NCBI GenBank assembly: GCA_951406725.2
Contig: OX597827.1
Span: 72,168,001 to 72,232,000, forward strand
Direction: 5' to 3'
DNA length: 64,000 nucleotides
DNA from: Octopus vulgaris
Taxonomy: Eukaryota
Part shown: positions 1-12,909 of the stretch, piece after piece
How positions within the stretch are numbered: the first letter of the stretch is position 1
How the letters are laid out: every line of letters starts with the position of its first letter
The notes under the pieces: model-generated
Database searches by the model: none
What the model was told of the DNA's origin: nothing
The model's input: only the letters and a program-made list of their open reading frames with translations
Position numbers and translations under genes: made by a program

Positions 1-860
1 TTAGCGGCATTTCATCCATCTTTATGTTCTGAGTTCATATTTCGCCGAGGTCGATTTTGCCTTTCATATTTTCAGGGTCAATAAAATAAGTACCAGTAAT
101 GCACTGGGTTTGATGTAATTGACTTGCCCCCTCCTCCAAAATTTCAGGCCTTGTGCCTGTAGCAGAAAGGATTATTATTATTATTAATATTATTGTTAAT
201 ATCAGAGTGGTGAGCTGGTAGAATTGTCAATATGCCAGACAAAATGCTGTTTAGTATTTTGTCTGCCTTTATATTCTTATTTCTTTATTGCCCACAAGGG
301 GTTAAACATAGAGGGGATAATCAAGGACAGACAAAGGGATGAAGTCGATTACATCGACCCCAGTGCGTAACTGGTACTTAATTAATCGACCCCGAAAGGA
401 TGAAAGGCAAAGTCAACCTCGGTGAAATTTGAACTCAGAATGTAACAGCAGACGTAATACCTATTTCTTTACTACCCACAAAGGGCTAAACACAGAGAGA
501 GGACAAACAAGGACAGACAAACGGATTAAGTCGATTACATCAACCCCAGTGTGTAACTGGTACTTATTTAATTGACCCCGAAAGGATGAAAGGCAAAGTC
601 GACCTTGGCGGAATTTGAACTCAGAACATAGTGGCAGACGAAATACTGCTAAGCATTTCGCCCGGCGTGCTAACATTTCTGCCAGCTCGCTGCCTTTATA
701 TTCTGAGTTCAAATCTGCCAAGTTTGACTTTGCCTTTCAACCACTTGGGGTCAACAGAATAAGTACAAGTTTAGCACTGAAGTTGATCAAATTGACTAGT
801 GCCTCCCCCCTCCCACCAGTCTAAAAATTTTAGGTCTTGAGCTTATAATAGAAAGGATCA
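1..860. mobile_element. Nested cluster of SINE family 2 copies in both orientations
   Basis: Plus-strand copies at 1-172 and ~205-275 continuing at ~696-860, interrupted by a minus-strand dimer at ~278-695. Confidence 0.8.
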
Positions 861-1016
861 TTATTATTAACATTCTCAGCTAAACAATAAAGTGTTTGTA
901 TTATTTGGTATGTTTTAATGGTAATGATTTTCTCTCAGAACGTTAGTGGATGCTCATATGCTATTTTAAAATGTTTCCTTTTGTCTACAAATGCTAAAAC
1001 TTCCACCATTTTGCAG

Positions 1017-1190
1017 GTCGAGAGAGTCAGTATATCAGTGATGTGTTACTTTTTGCCAACCACCCCGATCCACAGTTAAAGGGAAACACTGCAGTGATTG
1101 TGGCGAATTTACTGCGCAGTGCTTTGATTGAAGGGCAAGGAGATTTCCAGAAGTGGTTGGAACATAACAGTTCATCCCTCTCAGAGAAAG
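1017..1190 (+). CDS. HTT: HTT exon (window exon 1)
   Basis: ttgcag|...AAAG|gtttg; RESQYISDVLLFANHPDPQLKGNTAVIV, cf. human [25 protein letters not shown]. Confidence 0.9.
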
Positions 1191-3242
1191 GTTTGTCTTG
1201 TTGCTCGTTTCTATCGGGATTTTGTATTTTTATAGATGTCATACAAATGAAGGGGTTTTAGATCAGATGGGTTCAAAGGTTCCAGTATTTTAGTTTCTAA
1301 AGCCAATTATCTTGTTGACTTTGAATTTGTTGTTTAGTCACAAGTCAGATCTGACTGAATAGGTTTATAATCAATCAGAGGTGTTTCAGCCATGACCAGG
1401 TGTGTGATTAAGAAGCTCGCTTTCCAACCACATGGCTTCAGGTTCAGTCCCACTGTGCGGCACCTTGGACTATAACCCTGGCTATAACACCTTTTACTAT
1501 AACCCTGGGCCAGCCAATGCCTTGGATAGACAGAAACACTCACATGCACAGTCGAACAATCAGCTCCGGTACTGCTTATCAAATTCACTTATAAGGCATT
1601 GATTAGTCTAAGTCTACAGTAGAAGACACTTGTCCAAAGTGCTGAGCAATAGGACTGCATCTGAAACCATATGGTTGAGAAGCAAGCTTAAGCATACAGC
1701 CATGTCTGTGCTCGTGTGTGTATGTTAACCTTTAGCATTTAAACCTTCCACATCCGGCCAAAATATTCTACTTTTTATTTGTTCAAACCAGTCCAATCTG
1801 GTCTCTCACACTTACCCTGCAATATCCATTATTAAAATAAGCAATAACATCAGCAAAATCTCAAAGTTACAAGATAAAGCATGGATAATTCAAAACAATG
1901 TGAATAAATAAGCATCAGACATTAGACAAAGAAATTTGAATGCTGAAGAGTTAAACATATATTTGTGTGTGTGTGTGTGTGTGTGTGTGTGACAACATAT
2001 ATTTCAATGAAACAGAAAATTAGCAACTCAAGCCTAAAAACTTTGATATGATTTGATTGAGTCAAGGAATGACCCGTCTGCCCACCCTCTCCACTAGCCC
2101 TCTCCAATATATACAACACTGTAACTTGGGTGTTCAACCCGTGCCTTCTCTCATTCCCATCTTCACCATCTTTCTCTCTCTCTCTCTCTTTCTACTTCTG
2201 AGGTAGCTATGTTTTACTTTTATTGCTTCTCAAAACTATTGCACCCAGTTGAGGGGTCTTGTCCTGCAAGTTCTTTGTGGTGGTAGCACAAGAAAAAGCA
2301 CCCCAGACCACTCTGCAAAGGGGTTGGCATTAGGCCAGTTCTCTGGGTTCCTCTCCTTCTCTCAACTGAGATGTCCTTGTCTTGCAAGCTACTTGGCAAC
2401 CCCATGGGTATTTGTGTCACATAAAAAGGGTCCCATGTCAGCGTCACACAAAAAGCACCTGTGCTGGCACTGAGTAAATGGCACCCATGTGAAAAGCATC
2501 CATGCCGGAATCACTTAAAGAAGCACCTGTGCTGGTACCCATGTACAAAACCACCGATGGTGGTACCATGTAAAAAGAACAGACATTCAGTCGTAGAAAC
2601 CATGTCAAAAGAGATGACTGGAGCCTGATGCAGCCTTCTGGCTTGCCAGCATGGAAAACGGGCATTAAGTGGTGGTGGTGGTGGTGGTGGTTGCAATGGC
2701 AGCAGCTGTGGCGATGACAGTAGAGCATGGTGTAGTCTTCTGACTTACCTGTTTCTATCAAACTGCCTGACCCGTGATTGCGTGGAAATTTTGTTAAATG
2801 ATGTTGGTGATGAGATATTAAAGAATATTCTGTAGACATTTTCGTTTTTGGATTTGGTTTGCAAGATTCTTTATATGAGTTTGTGTGTTGAAGCATATTC
2901 TGTTGTGTCTGGGGAGAGTCATTTTCTTTTTGTGCCTTATAATTTAATATACACTCACCGGTGAAATTTCCCCTTTTTTTCTTATTTTTATTTTCCTAAA
3001 ATTTTCGTTGCGTCTTGCAACCTTTTCAATAGTCTTGACTCTGTAGACAAATGTTTAAGAAAGACTCAAAGCATCTACTTTGTGTAACATGTAACATTAT
3101 CTGAATAGTAATAGCTGGCTAAAATTGTTAACTCAAGTTATTGACCTACACTGTTGACTGTAGCAAAAACATTAAGAAAAATATAAATGCAAGCCTAACC
3201 CTTATTTCCTCATTTTTTAATTTCTATTTTCCTTAATTTCAG

Positions 3243-3445
3243 CATTATCGTATCCTTCCGTCGTTGATCTTGTTCAAGTAATATTGAACATCATTGAAGA
3301 CGAATCGTCGATGGCAGCTCGGCAAGGCCTTCTTGCTCTTCAAGTGTGCTTGTCGAACCTCATGGTCTCCGCTCATTCAGATCTGTGTATAAATATTCTA
3401 CTGAAATTGCTGCCTATCATATCAAATCCTTACTGGCTCGTTAAG
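3243..3445 (+). CDS. HTT: HTT exon 2
   Basis: tttcag|...AAG|gtgag; ILNIIEDESSMAARQ...SNPYWLVK. Confidence 0.92.
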
Positions 3446-4078
3446 GTGAGATCTTGGAGAAATATTTCAGTTTGGAGTGTGTATGATACTTTTTTTTTAT
3501 TTTTTGCTGTGAAAAAAAAAATTTGTTTCTTTGTTTTTATTGCTTTTTGTGTTTACTCTTTTGATCAGTGGTGCCGCAAAATGTTTGCCACCTGGTGCAG
3601 CCCTTGAGCTTGCTCCTCTCCAGCCCCCTCTACAAGCTTATACAGCAGCCCAAAAGCGTTGCTCCCATTAAAACATTGCTCAAGGTGGTGGACAGCCCTC
3701 ATTGCCCCCCCCCCCCCATACGAGCTCTGTTACTGGCTTTGATTTTGAGTAAAGTGGTAAAATGTTAACCCCAGGTCAAATCTAATGCAGTAAAACTATG
3801 GCCAAAAGCAATCCACGTGTGACCATCATGTCATCTTTATCTTCAGACGTTTCATTTGTGCAATTCTTTGTACAATGCGTACGTTTCCCTTTTTTGTTTT
3901 CCCCCCATTGTTGTGGGGTTCAAGTGAGACTGTGTGGTTAAGGAGCATGCTTCCTACCCATGTGGTCTCGGGTTCAGTCCCACTGCCCAGCATCTTTGGC
4001 AAATGTCGTTATAGCCTCAGGCCAGCCAAAGCTTTGCGAATGCATCTGATAAACAGAAGCTGAAAGAAGCCCATTGTA

Positions 4079-4123
<45 letters not shown>

Positions 4124-4734
4124 CCTTGTCTTGACATCTCATGATGGTTGTAAATGAGCATCATCATCATCATCATCACCACCAGAGGTGGCAAGCTAGC
4201 AAAATTGCTAGCACACCAGGCGAAATGATTAGTAGCATTTCGTCATTTTTACACTCTGAGTTCAAATTCCACCGAGGTCAACTTTGCCTTTCATCCATTC
4301 TGGGTCAACGAAATAAGTACCAGTTGAGTACTGGGGTCAATGTAATCGACTAACCTCTGCCCCAAATTTCAGGCCTTGTGCCTATAGTAGAAAGGATTAT
4401 TATTATCCTTTTTTTTTGCAGGCATTGTGTATACAGAACAATAGCCATTTTATTTTCTCAACTGTAGGTAATTAGTTAAAGGATATTTAGCTGCTATTTC
4501 TAGCAGTTTGAGCATCTGTATAGAAGCTCCCATGCTGCTTCACATTTGTCTTTATTGCCATTGTATATAATTACCATGTAAAATATATTAATATATTCCA
4601 GTATATTATTGTAATTAAGGCATTGTTGAGTAGCCTCAGGTTAGATCTGATGACACAAACCTGGGCATTGATAGCTGCTGCTAATCACTATATTTCTATT
4701 AACGAGGAAATAATTATATTGGGTTGTGTGCCTT

Positions 4735-5205
4735 CGACATCATAATCACCATCATCATCAACATCGCCATAATTTTTATTGTTATTGTTACAATTGTTTC
4801 AGCTATTGCCTATTACACCTCCACCACCAAAATTAGTATAATTACTATCGACTCAACCAAAATAACCACCCACAAGCACCTACCACCAATATTACTATCA
4901 TCAAAATTACTACCATTATTACTATAACCACTGCTACTATTACTGCTCCAATCAGAATAACCACCATTAATACCACCACCACCTCCACTACCACCACCAC
5001 CACCACCTTTGGTAATAATTATGACACCACCTGTCACTATCACTACTGTTACAACTACTCCTACCTTGACTGGTATCAGAATAACTATTACTACTACCAT
5101 CACCCACTACCACCACCATACCCAACTGTCATCACAACCACTTAAACACAGGAGCTACCACCCTGATCCCTCCATTTCCACCACCACCATCACCACCACC
5201 TCTCA
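4735..5205. repeat. Degenerate (CAC/TAC/CAT)n low-complexity tract
   Basis: Trinucleotide periodicity without splice-consistent coding. Confidence 0.8.
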
Positions 5206-5556
5206 ACAGCTATCACATTGACTCCTTTTATCCAGGGTACTCCACTACCAACAGATATTCTCTGATGTGAAATTTATGCAAATATAAAAAAAATATATGT
5301 AAAAAAAAGAGAAAAAATTATAATACAATTAATTACTTTAAATTCATTGGAATTTAGAACTGCGTTTCTCAACTGGAGTTCCTTGGAACCCTAGGGTTCT
5401 GCAAAAAGGTTCCTAGGGCATTTCATCTATCTTTTTATTATGAGTTCGAATTCTGCTGAGCTTGGCTTTGTCTTTCATTCCTTTTGGGGTCAATAAAATA
5501 AGTTTCAGTTGAACACAGGGGCTGATGGAATTCTGTAATCATTATTTATAGTTTTA

Positions 5557-5785
5557 TTAACCCTTTAGCATTTAAACCGGCCATATCCAGCCAAAAGTAT
5601 TCAACCTGTTTTATGTTCAAACTGACCAGATCTGGTCTCTCACACCAACCCTACAATATCATTTTAAAAATTAGCAGCTACCTCATCAAAATCTCATAGC
5701 TACAAGATAATGTATTATTAGTTCAAAACAACAAGGATAAAAAAACATTAATTTTAGCAGAATAATATGAACACTAAAGGGTTAA
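5557..5785. mobile_element. piggyBac-type MITE (family A); others at 1725-1955, 11149-11335, 30680-30894, 54671-55230 (interrupted), 63560-63780
   Basis: TTAACCCTTTAG ... CTAAAGGGTTAA termini. Confidence 0.78.
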
Positions 5786-6321
5786 AGCAGCAAGCTGGCA
5801 GAATTGTAAGAGTACTGAACGAAAAGTAAATCAAAATCAAATCACAATCAAATGGAAATTGTAGTTGTGACTGATACAGTGCCATCTGACTGGCTCCCAT
5901 GCCAGTGACATGTAAAAAGCACCCACTACACTCATGGAGTGTTTGGCATTAAGAAGGGCATCCAGCTGTAGAAACATTACCAGATCAGATTGGAGCCTGG
6001 TGCGGCCTTCCTGGCTTGCCAGTCCCCAGTCAAACCGTCCAACCCATGCCAGCATGGAAAGCAGACATTAAATGATGATGATGATGATAATTCTACATTG
6101 AGTTCAAATGTCACTAAGGTTAACTTTGTCTTTCATCCTTTGAGGTTGAGCACTGGGGTCGCTGTAATTGACTAAGCCCCTCCCAAAGGTTCACACCTTG
6201 TGCCTATTTGAATATTTGAAGAAAGGATTATTTATAATTTTGTTTGCTTTGACTTTTTTCATTCCAAGAAAGAATTTCTTTTAATCCCTTTTTTTCCCCC
6301 CTCCTACTTCTCTTATTGCAG

Positions 6322-6423
6322 GTTGAACTTCTGGAACTTGTGTCAAAAATAAACTTTAAAATTGTTTACTATTTACAAAGTGTGTGTTTACCAAGACGAG
6401 CACAGGAGGATAAATATCTTGGG
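6322..6423 (+). CDS. HTT: HTT exon 3
   Basis: ttgcag|...GGG|gtatg; VELLELVSKINFKIVYYLQ...KYLG. Confidence 0.92.
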
Positions 6424-7062
6424 GTATGTAACTTCATTCATCTTTATCTATTGTCTTCATTCACACACATACACACACACACACACACACAAACAGATTT
6501 TGTTTCTCTAGATTCTTGAGGTGTTGAAACAAATTGTGGTACTTTGGGAGGGTCATTCTGTTAGCAATTAATTAAGGATAAAAAAGGTGCAGGTGTTGCT
6601 GGGTGGTTAAGGAGCTTGCTTCCCAACCACATGGTTTGGTGTTCAGTCCCACTGTGTGGCACCTTGGACAAATGTCTTCTACTATAGCCTTGGGCTGACC
6701 AAAGCCTTATGATTGGATCTTGTAGATGGAAACTGAAAGAAGCCTGTCGTATATATGTGTGTCTCAGTGTTTGTTACCAACCTCTGCTTGACAACTGGTT
6801 TTGATGTGTTTATATCCCTATGACATAGTGGTTTAGCAAAACAGACTGATCAAGTAAGTACCAGGCTTAACAAAAAAATAAATAAGTAGTGGAATCGACT
6901 TATTTAACTAAAATTTTGCATGCTGGTGCTCCAGCATGGCTACAGTCTAATGACTGAAACAAGTAAAAGATAAGGTAGATACACATTACAGAAATCTCAC
7001 CTATTAAGTGTTTAGCTGTTTCCTAAACGTCTGCAAAGTTCTGTATTTTTTCTTGTGAACTA

Positions 7063-7450
7063 GGCATAGGAGTGACTGTGGTAAGTAGCTTGCTTACCAA
7101 CCACATGGTTCCGGGTTCAGTCCCACTGCGTGGCACCTTGGCCAAGTATCTTCTACTATAGCCTCGGGCTGACCAAAGCCTTGTGAGTGGATTTGGTAGA
7201 CGGAAACTGAAAGAAGCCTGTTGTATATATGTATATATATGTGTGTGTGTATATGTTTGTGTGTCTGTGTTTGTCCCCTAACATCGCTGGTGTGTTTACG
7301 TCCCCGTAACTTGGCGGTTCGGCAAAAAAGACTAATAGAATAAGTACTTGGCTTACAAAGAATAAGTCCTGAGGTCGCTTTGCTCGACTAAAGGCGGTGC
7401 TCCAGCATGGCCACAGTCAAATGACTGAAACAAGTAAAAGAGTAAAGAGT
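7063..7450 (+). mobile_element. tRNA-derived SINE family 1 (internal (TA)n(TG)n microsatellite, AAAGAGT-type tail), full-length copy
   Basis: A/B-box-like head (TGTGGTAAG...GGGTTCAGTCCC), CORE-like GCACCTTGG.CAAG; more than 12 similar copies in the window, e.g. 6586-6972, 36955-37335, 46755-47075, 50617-51000, 58183-58585. Confidence 0.85.
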
Positions 7451-7454
7451 AACT

Positions 7455-7745
7455 AAAGCATTGTTCTTTACTCAGTTTACTTTGATCCATGTTGGTTTTA
7501 GCTTCTCCTTCCATAATTCAAACTTTGCATCTAGTTCTTTGACTAATCTGGCTTTGAGAACCAGGTTGTCAGCATTCAGAAATTCCTGTGGACATTCTCT
7601 TGAATTCCTCTGTTATGGCCTGGAGATACATAATAGATAACAAGCAATATGAGAACCAAGCCCTGATAAACACCTACTTGCATTCTAAATTCATTGTTGC
7701 TGACACTCATATTTCAACTCAATATATGGTTTTCACACTCTTTAC
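7455..7745 (-). mobile_element. Decayed RTE-like reverse transcriptase fragment
   Basis: Frameshifted minus-strand translation with VGVYQG...LQAITEEF...ADNLVL...WK...IKVN (QG and ADD motifs). Confidence 0.6.
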
Positions 7746-7925
7746 ATAAATGTGCGCGCACGCGCGTGTGTGTGTGTGTGTATTATGGGCATATAGCTGA
7801 GTGATTAAGAAGTTCAGTTTGCAATGAAGAGGTAGCAAATTTAAACACATACACATGCTCACAACTGTCACATCATTGTACCTGAGGTATGCTAATTGTT
7901 GTTTGTTTTGTTTTTATTTTCACAG

Positions 7926-8026
7926 AAATTTAGTTTGCAGACAACTTTCCTTGAAGATGCCGTTTTAGCCCTGTTGGGTGATGAAGACTGCCGAGTTCGG
8001 CATTGTGCTGCAGTATCACTGGTCAA
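7926..8026 (+). CDS. HTT: HTT exon 4
   Basis: cacag|...AA|gtaag; KFSLQTTFLEDAVLALLGDEDCRVRHCAAVSLV (HEAT repeat). Confidence 0.95.
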
Positions 8027-8189
8027 GTAAGTTTATCCTGTGGCTCCATCCATTCTTCCTCACTCCCTCCTGTGTATATTTTTTTTTGATTTTGAGATAG
8101 GCCAAGGCCTGCTCGAAGGGTGGTGGCTTGTACTTTGTCTAGAATCATTATATAAAGAGAAAAAATTACCAGATATTTTAAAACTATAT

Positions 8190-8231
<42 letters not shown>

Positions 8232-8697
8232 AGTAGAAAATAAATGAAATGACAAATAAGGAAAGCTTCTAATAATGCAGAAGACTTGTAAGAACTTTTA
8301 TATTTTGGGCACAAAGGCCCATCTTCAGTCAAAGAAATGTGTATTTACATAAATTATTTTGTTATATGAACTAGATTAGATGAAGGGCATCCAGCCATAG
8401 AAACCATTCCAAATTAAACTGGAGTCTGGTGCAGCCTGTCAGCTTACCAGCCATGGTCAAATTGTCTGACCCATGCCAGCATGGACAACAGACATTAAAT
8501 GATGATGTTGATGATAAAATAATAAAATCTATGTGAATACACATTTCTTTGACTATATTCTTCTGAAGATAGGCCTCTGTGCACGAAATATAAATGGTTT
8601 TTAAAACTTTCTGTATTGTTAGTAATTTTCGTTTTTTCTCTTTTCATTCGTTTTCTACTTCTGAACTCCAGTGCTTCAAGCAGACCACAATGCTTTT

Positions 8698-8759
<62 letters not shown>

Positions 8760-9713
8760 TATATTAAATTAGAGATAAAACCACTATTAGGCAAATCAAA
8801 CAGTGAAAAACATAAGCCAATACATAAAATTAATTTAAAAATATAAAAGTTAAAAATAAAAAATTATTTAAATAATTTAAACTTATAAATTTTATATATA
8901 TATTCAAATATATATATATATATGTATGTATGTATATTTTTATATTTATATATTATTTTATTTATTAATTTATTTATTTATTTTTTTAAATATATATCAA
9001 AAGTATTAAAAGTTTAATAAAAGATAAAGATATAATAATAATAATAATGATGATAATAATAGCAGAGAATATAATTCCAAACTTACAGGGAAAAATTCAA
9101 TTTAGCAATTCTAAATCAAATTTCACAATATATATGTATATAATTTAGAGAAAAAGTCTTTATTCACACCACATAGAAAAATAGATATACTATAAAAACC
9201 TTATTCTATAAAGTACATAAACAATAAATAGTAAATATTATTTAGTATTTATTATGTACTTTATTGATTTTTAGAGTAAGGTTTTTATAGTATATTTTTT
9301 TTATATGGTGTGAATGTCTTTCACTATTGAATTGGTTAAGAGAGGTTTTTCTGTAAATTATATAATATATATATATAAATTGTTTCATTTTTGGACTTGG
9401 TTTGCAAGATTCTTTATGTGAATTCGTGTATTGAAGCATATTTTATTGTGTCTGGGGAGAATCATTCTCTTTTAGTGCCTTATTATTTAACACACCCACC
9501 TGTTCAATTTCCACTCATTTACTTATTTATTTTCTATTTTTCTATTTTTTCTAAAATAGAAATAAATAAGTAATTGGAAATTGAACCAGTGGAAGTGTTA
9601 AATAATAAGGCACTAAAAGAGAATGACTCTCCCTAGACACAATATATAAATTGTAATACAGGTGAATTTTTTTTTAGGTATCTATAGTTTTTTTTTTTCC
9701 CTAATCATTTCAG

Positions 9714-9975
9714 GATGATACCTAACCTGTTTTTTGCGGTTGATTGCCCTATGCAAGATCCAGTCATTACAGTGGCCAAGGATTACACTGACAGTTATTT
9801 TACACCAATTGTACATGACTGGGCCCAAGAGTCACCTCCGACAGTCCTCGGACTCGTCAAGCCTTTTAATTTCAACGCGAACATCCCAGTGCATCCCTCA
9901 GTGGAATCTAGCCTGTCCAGAGTGATCACTGCCATTAAATCTCTACTGCGCAAATGTCAATGCAAATACCTCAGT
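9714..9975 (+). CDS. HTT: HTT exon 5
   Basis: tttcag|...AGT|gtaag; MIPNLFF...QDPVITVAKD...ESSLSRVITAI. Confidence 0.94.
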
Positions 9976-10187
9976 GTAAGGAAACATTTCTGAATTCTTC
10001 ATGTGAATCCTGTTTATCACTGGAGTTTGAACCACTCTGCTCTTATGTATGCCTTTGTTGTTTTTTTTTACCTCTTGGTTTGTTTTTTTGTTTATTTTTG
10101 CAAGTGCAGAACACTTGGTCATAATGTCAACAAGGAATGAATATATATATATACACACATACATATATTTGTGTGTGTGTATGTATG

Positions 10188-10221
<34 letters not shown>

Positions 10222-10515
10222 TATATACATACACACACATCATCATCATCATTTAACGTCCGCTTTCCATGCTAGCATGGGTTGGACGATTTTGACTGAG
10301 GGCTGGCGAACCAGATGGTTGCACCAGGCTCCAGTCTTGATTTGGCAGAGTTTCTACAGCTGGATGCCCTTCCTAACGCCAACCACTCCGGGAGTGTAGT
10401 GGGTGCTTTTTACATGCCACCGTCACGGGGTCCAGTCAGGCGGTACTGGCAACGACCTCACTCGAATCCTTTTACACATGCCACCAGCACAGGTGCCAGT
10501 AAGGCGACTTTGGTA

Positions 10516-10546
<31 letters not shown>

Positions 10547-10551
10547 TATAC

Positions 10552-10584
<33 letters not shown>

Positions 10585-10897
10585 CACACACTCACACACA
10601 CATATAAATATATATACATATATTGATCAGAGGTATTTCCATCTTTCCTTGTCTTTTGTTTTTATTTCTGTTAATTGTTTCCATGTTCCATCTTGAATTC
10701 TATACATATAAATTATATATATAAAGATATACACCTGGCTGTTGTAGGCTGTTGTGACTACACATTTGGCTGTTGTGGCCACATACTTGGTCCATTGGAT
10801 ATGTTTCGTCTTTGTGGCCACATTCCTGGTCATTAAACTGTCGTTACAAAACACTTCTTTTTCACTAACCATCTGTTTTATTATTTTCCTTCTTCAG

Positions 10898-11061
10898 TAT
10901 GGCTGTTGTCATGCCTTATCCCTGTTATCAGAACACTACCTGCCTACATCACATTCCTTTGCTTGGAGCTGTGCACCCCCCTTGCCTGTGCTCACCAAGG
11001 ATGGAGATCGACCGATGGCTAGGCATGGTGTTAACCGAAAAAGACTTAGTTCTGCATCAAG
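10898..11061 (+). CDS. HTT: HTT exon 6
   Basis: cttcag|...AG|gttcgt; YGCCHALSLLSEHY...AWSCAPP...RKRLSSAS. Confidence 0.88.
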
Positions 11062-11841
11062 GTTCGTATTTCAAATCTTTCCAGATATGTTGCATGGTTA
11101 TTAATTCTTCTCTGGCAACAGTGCTTCTGGCCATTGCTCGTGTTTTTGTTAACCCTTTAGTATTTAAACCGGCCAACAAGTATTTTTATATGGGGTTCGG
11201 TTGTCACACCTACCCTACAATGTTATTCTACATTAGGTAATTACACCATCAAGATCTTGAAGATATGAGATAATGCATGATTAATTCAAATCAATGGGAA
11301 TCAATTAGCATTATGTTTGATTGAATAATCTGACCGTTCCATCTTTGTTTATTTTCCTGACTCAATATATCCAATATGTCTTACTTTTTTAAAGATAGTA
11401 GTGTGTACTTTGAGGGAGATTTGAGGAGGCTGGCTGTGTAGATGGTTAGGCCACTTTACTCTATAAGGAGCATAAGAGCAGTTTCCTGGTGTATATATTC
11501 CTCTTTGGATGGGGCACTGGCCCATCACAGGAATACTCACTTTTGCCAGATGAAATGAAGTGTTTTGCTCAAGGACACTACACATCACCTGGTCCAGGAA
11601 TTGAAACCACAATCTTATGATCATGAGTCCAATACTCTAACCACTAAGCTAAACTCCACCTCTGTGTAGAAGCCACATCAAAACTGAGACATGGGATATT
11701 GGGACATAACACTGTCCTCTGACCTGTCGGATCCTGTCAAACAAAAAAAGAAAGAAAGAAGGAAAATTAAAATATCAATACATACATTATGTTGTATTTT
11801 ATTTCTGTGTTTTTGAAGATTGTATTTTATTCTCATTGCAG

Positions 11842-11990
11842 CTTACGGACACCAAGTACAGATGATGACAACTTTCTCTGTGGTGGTGGCCCACTAGCTT
11901 TGACTTTGTCCCTGCTGTGTTCGTCCCCACTAGCCCTTGACTTGTCTGCACACCAGGATACCTTGTTATTGGCTGGAAATTTACTTTCAG
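11842..11990 (+). CDS. HTT: HTT exon 7
   Basis: ttgcag|...G|gtaat; LALDLSAHQDTLLLAGNLLS. Confidence 0.93.
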
Positions 11991-12095
11991 GTAATCTTTC
12001 TTGTATACTCACTTCTGACACTTAACCTCCTCACAATACAACACACACACACACACTGAATCTTACTCAACCTGGCTTTTTCTTTGACTTCTTCA

Positions 12096-12463
12096 TCTCT
12101 GTATATATAAAGCTGAAGTTGTCTGTGTATGGCAGGTTTGGTTGCCTTCAACTAACACTATCTCCTCCGCAAGTTGACCAAAATTGAGAGTATGATAGAA
12201 GAAGGCTTGCTCTTCCTTCTGTAGAAGAAAAAATTAAAATCGGACCATGTTAACGCCAAAAATTATTTACATCAAAAAGGTGCTTTTTTCTATGAAAATC
12301 CCTATTTTTTTACTGCTGTGTCGCCATTTTTCGGTGTATTTCAACCAGAAAAATGTTCACTTAAAGAGAATTACAAGCTACATAATGCAAAATTTTTACT
12401 TTTCAAAAATTCCTATTCTAAAGGATTGAAACAAACCTGAGCAACGCTGGGCGATACTGCTAG
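12096..12463 (+). mobile_element. Non-autonomous Helitron-like element
   Basis: A|TC start, 3' GC-rich hairpin (CCTGAGCAACGCTGGG) then CTAG|T. Confidence 0.75.
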
Positions 12464-12776
12464 TTTGTGATATAGTCAAACCTATTTAGTACTTAGATGG
12501 ATATCAATAGAAAAGGTACATCAATTAAATTATTCTTCAGTTAGTTGTCATTGTCTATACAACAGCTTCTTCCAAGACAGCAATAACTGTGGATGTTGCA
12601 ACCTACTTGGGACTAGTATTGAACCTGCACTCCTTGTATCTTCTGCAAATGCTTGCAATGTTTGCAGTTCCTGCTTCTCCTTGTTCATCTTCACATTTTG
12701 TCCATTTTCCATCTCACATCAAAAATGCTACCTTTTGATTTAATAATTAATGATGGGTTTTGTGTGTTATTGCCAG

Positions 12777-12909
12777 GTACTGCCTATAGGTGTCTCCGTT
12801 CGGCAGATGAAACAAATAACCTGTGTGGAGTAGACGATGGCAAGTGGCTGTGTGTTTCCGATCGACAGCTTGTTCCTCTTGTTGACATTCTCTTGACTCA
12901 CATTGCCAG
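12777..12909 (+). CDS. HTT: HTT exon 8
   Basis: gccag|...AG|gtatg; TAYRCLRS...WLCVSDRQLVPLVDILLTHIAR. Confidence 0.93.

Noticed and set aside
2995-3035. Hammerhead-like motif on the minus strand (TTGAAAAG-GTTGC/GCAAC-GAAA)
   Set aside because: The core deviates at two conserved positions and stem I is only 3 bp; too weak alone, though possibly another PLE relic.
8025-8026. Lys codons at exon ends (also 55969-55970) as A-to-I recoding sites restoring vertebrate Arg
   Set aside because: Cannot be supported from DNA alone, and K/R substitutions are common.
8560-8600. CTGAAGA...CGAAAT hammerhead-like motif
   Set aside because: No convincing stem II or stem I pairing.
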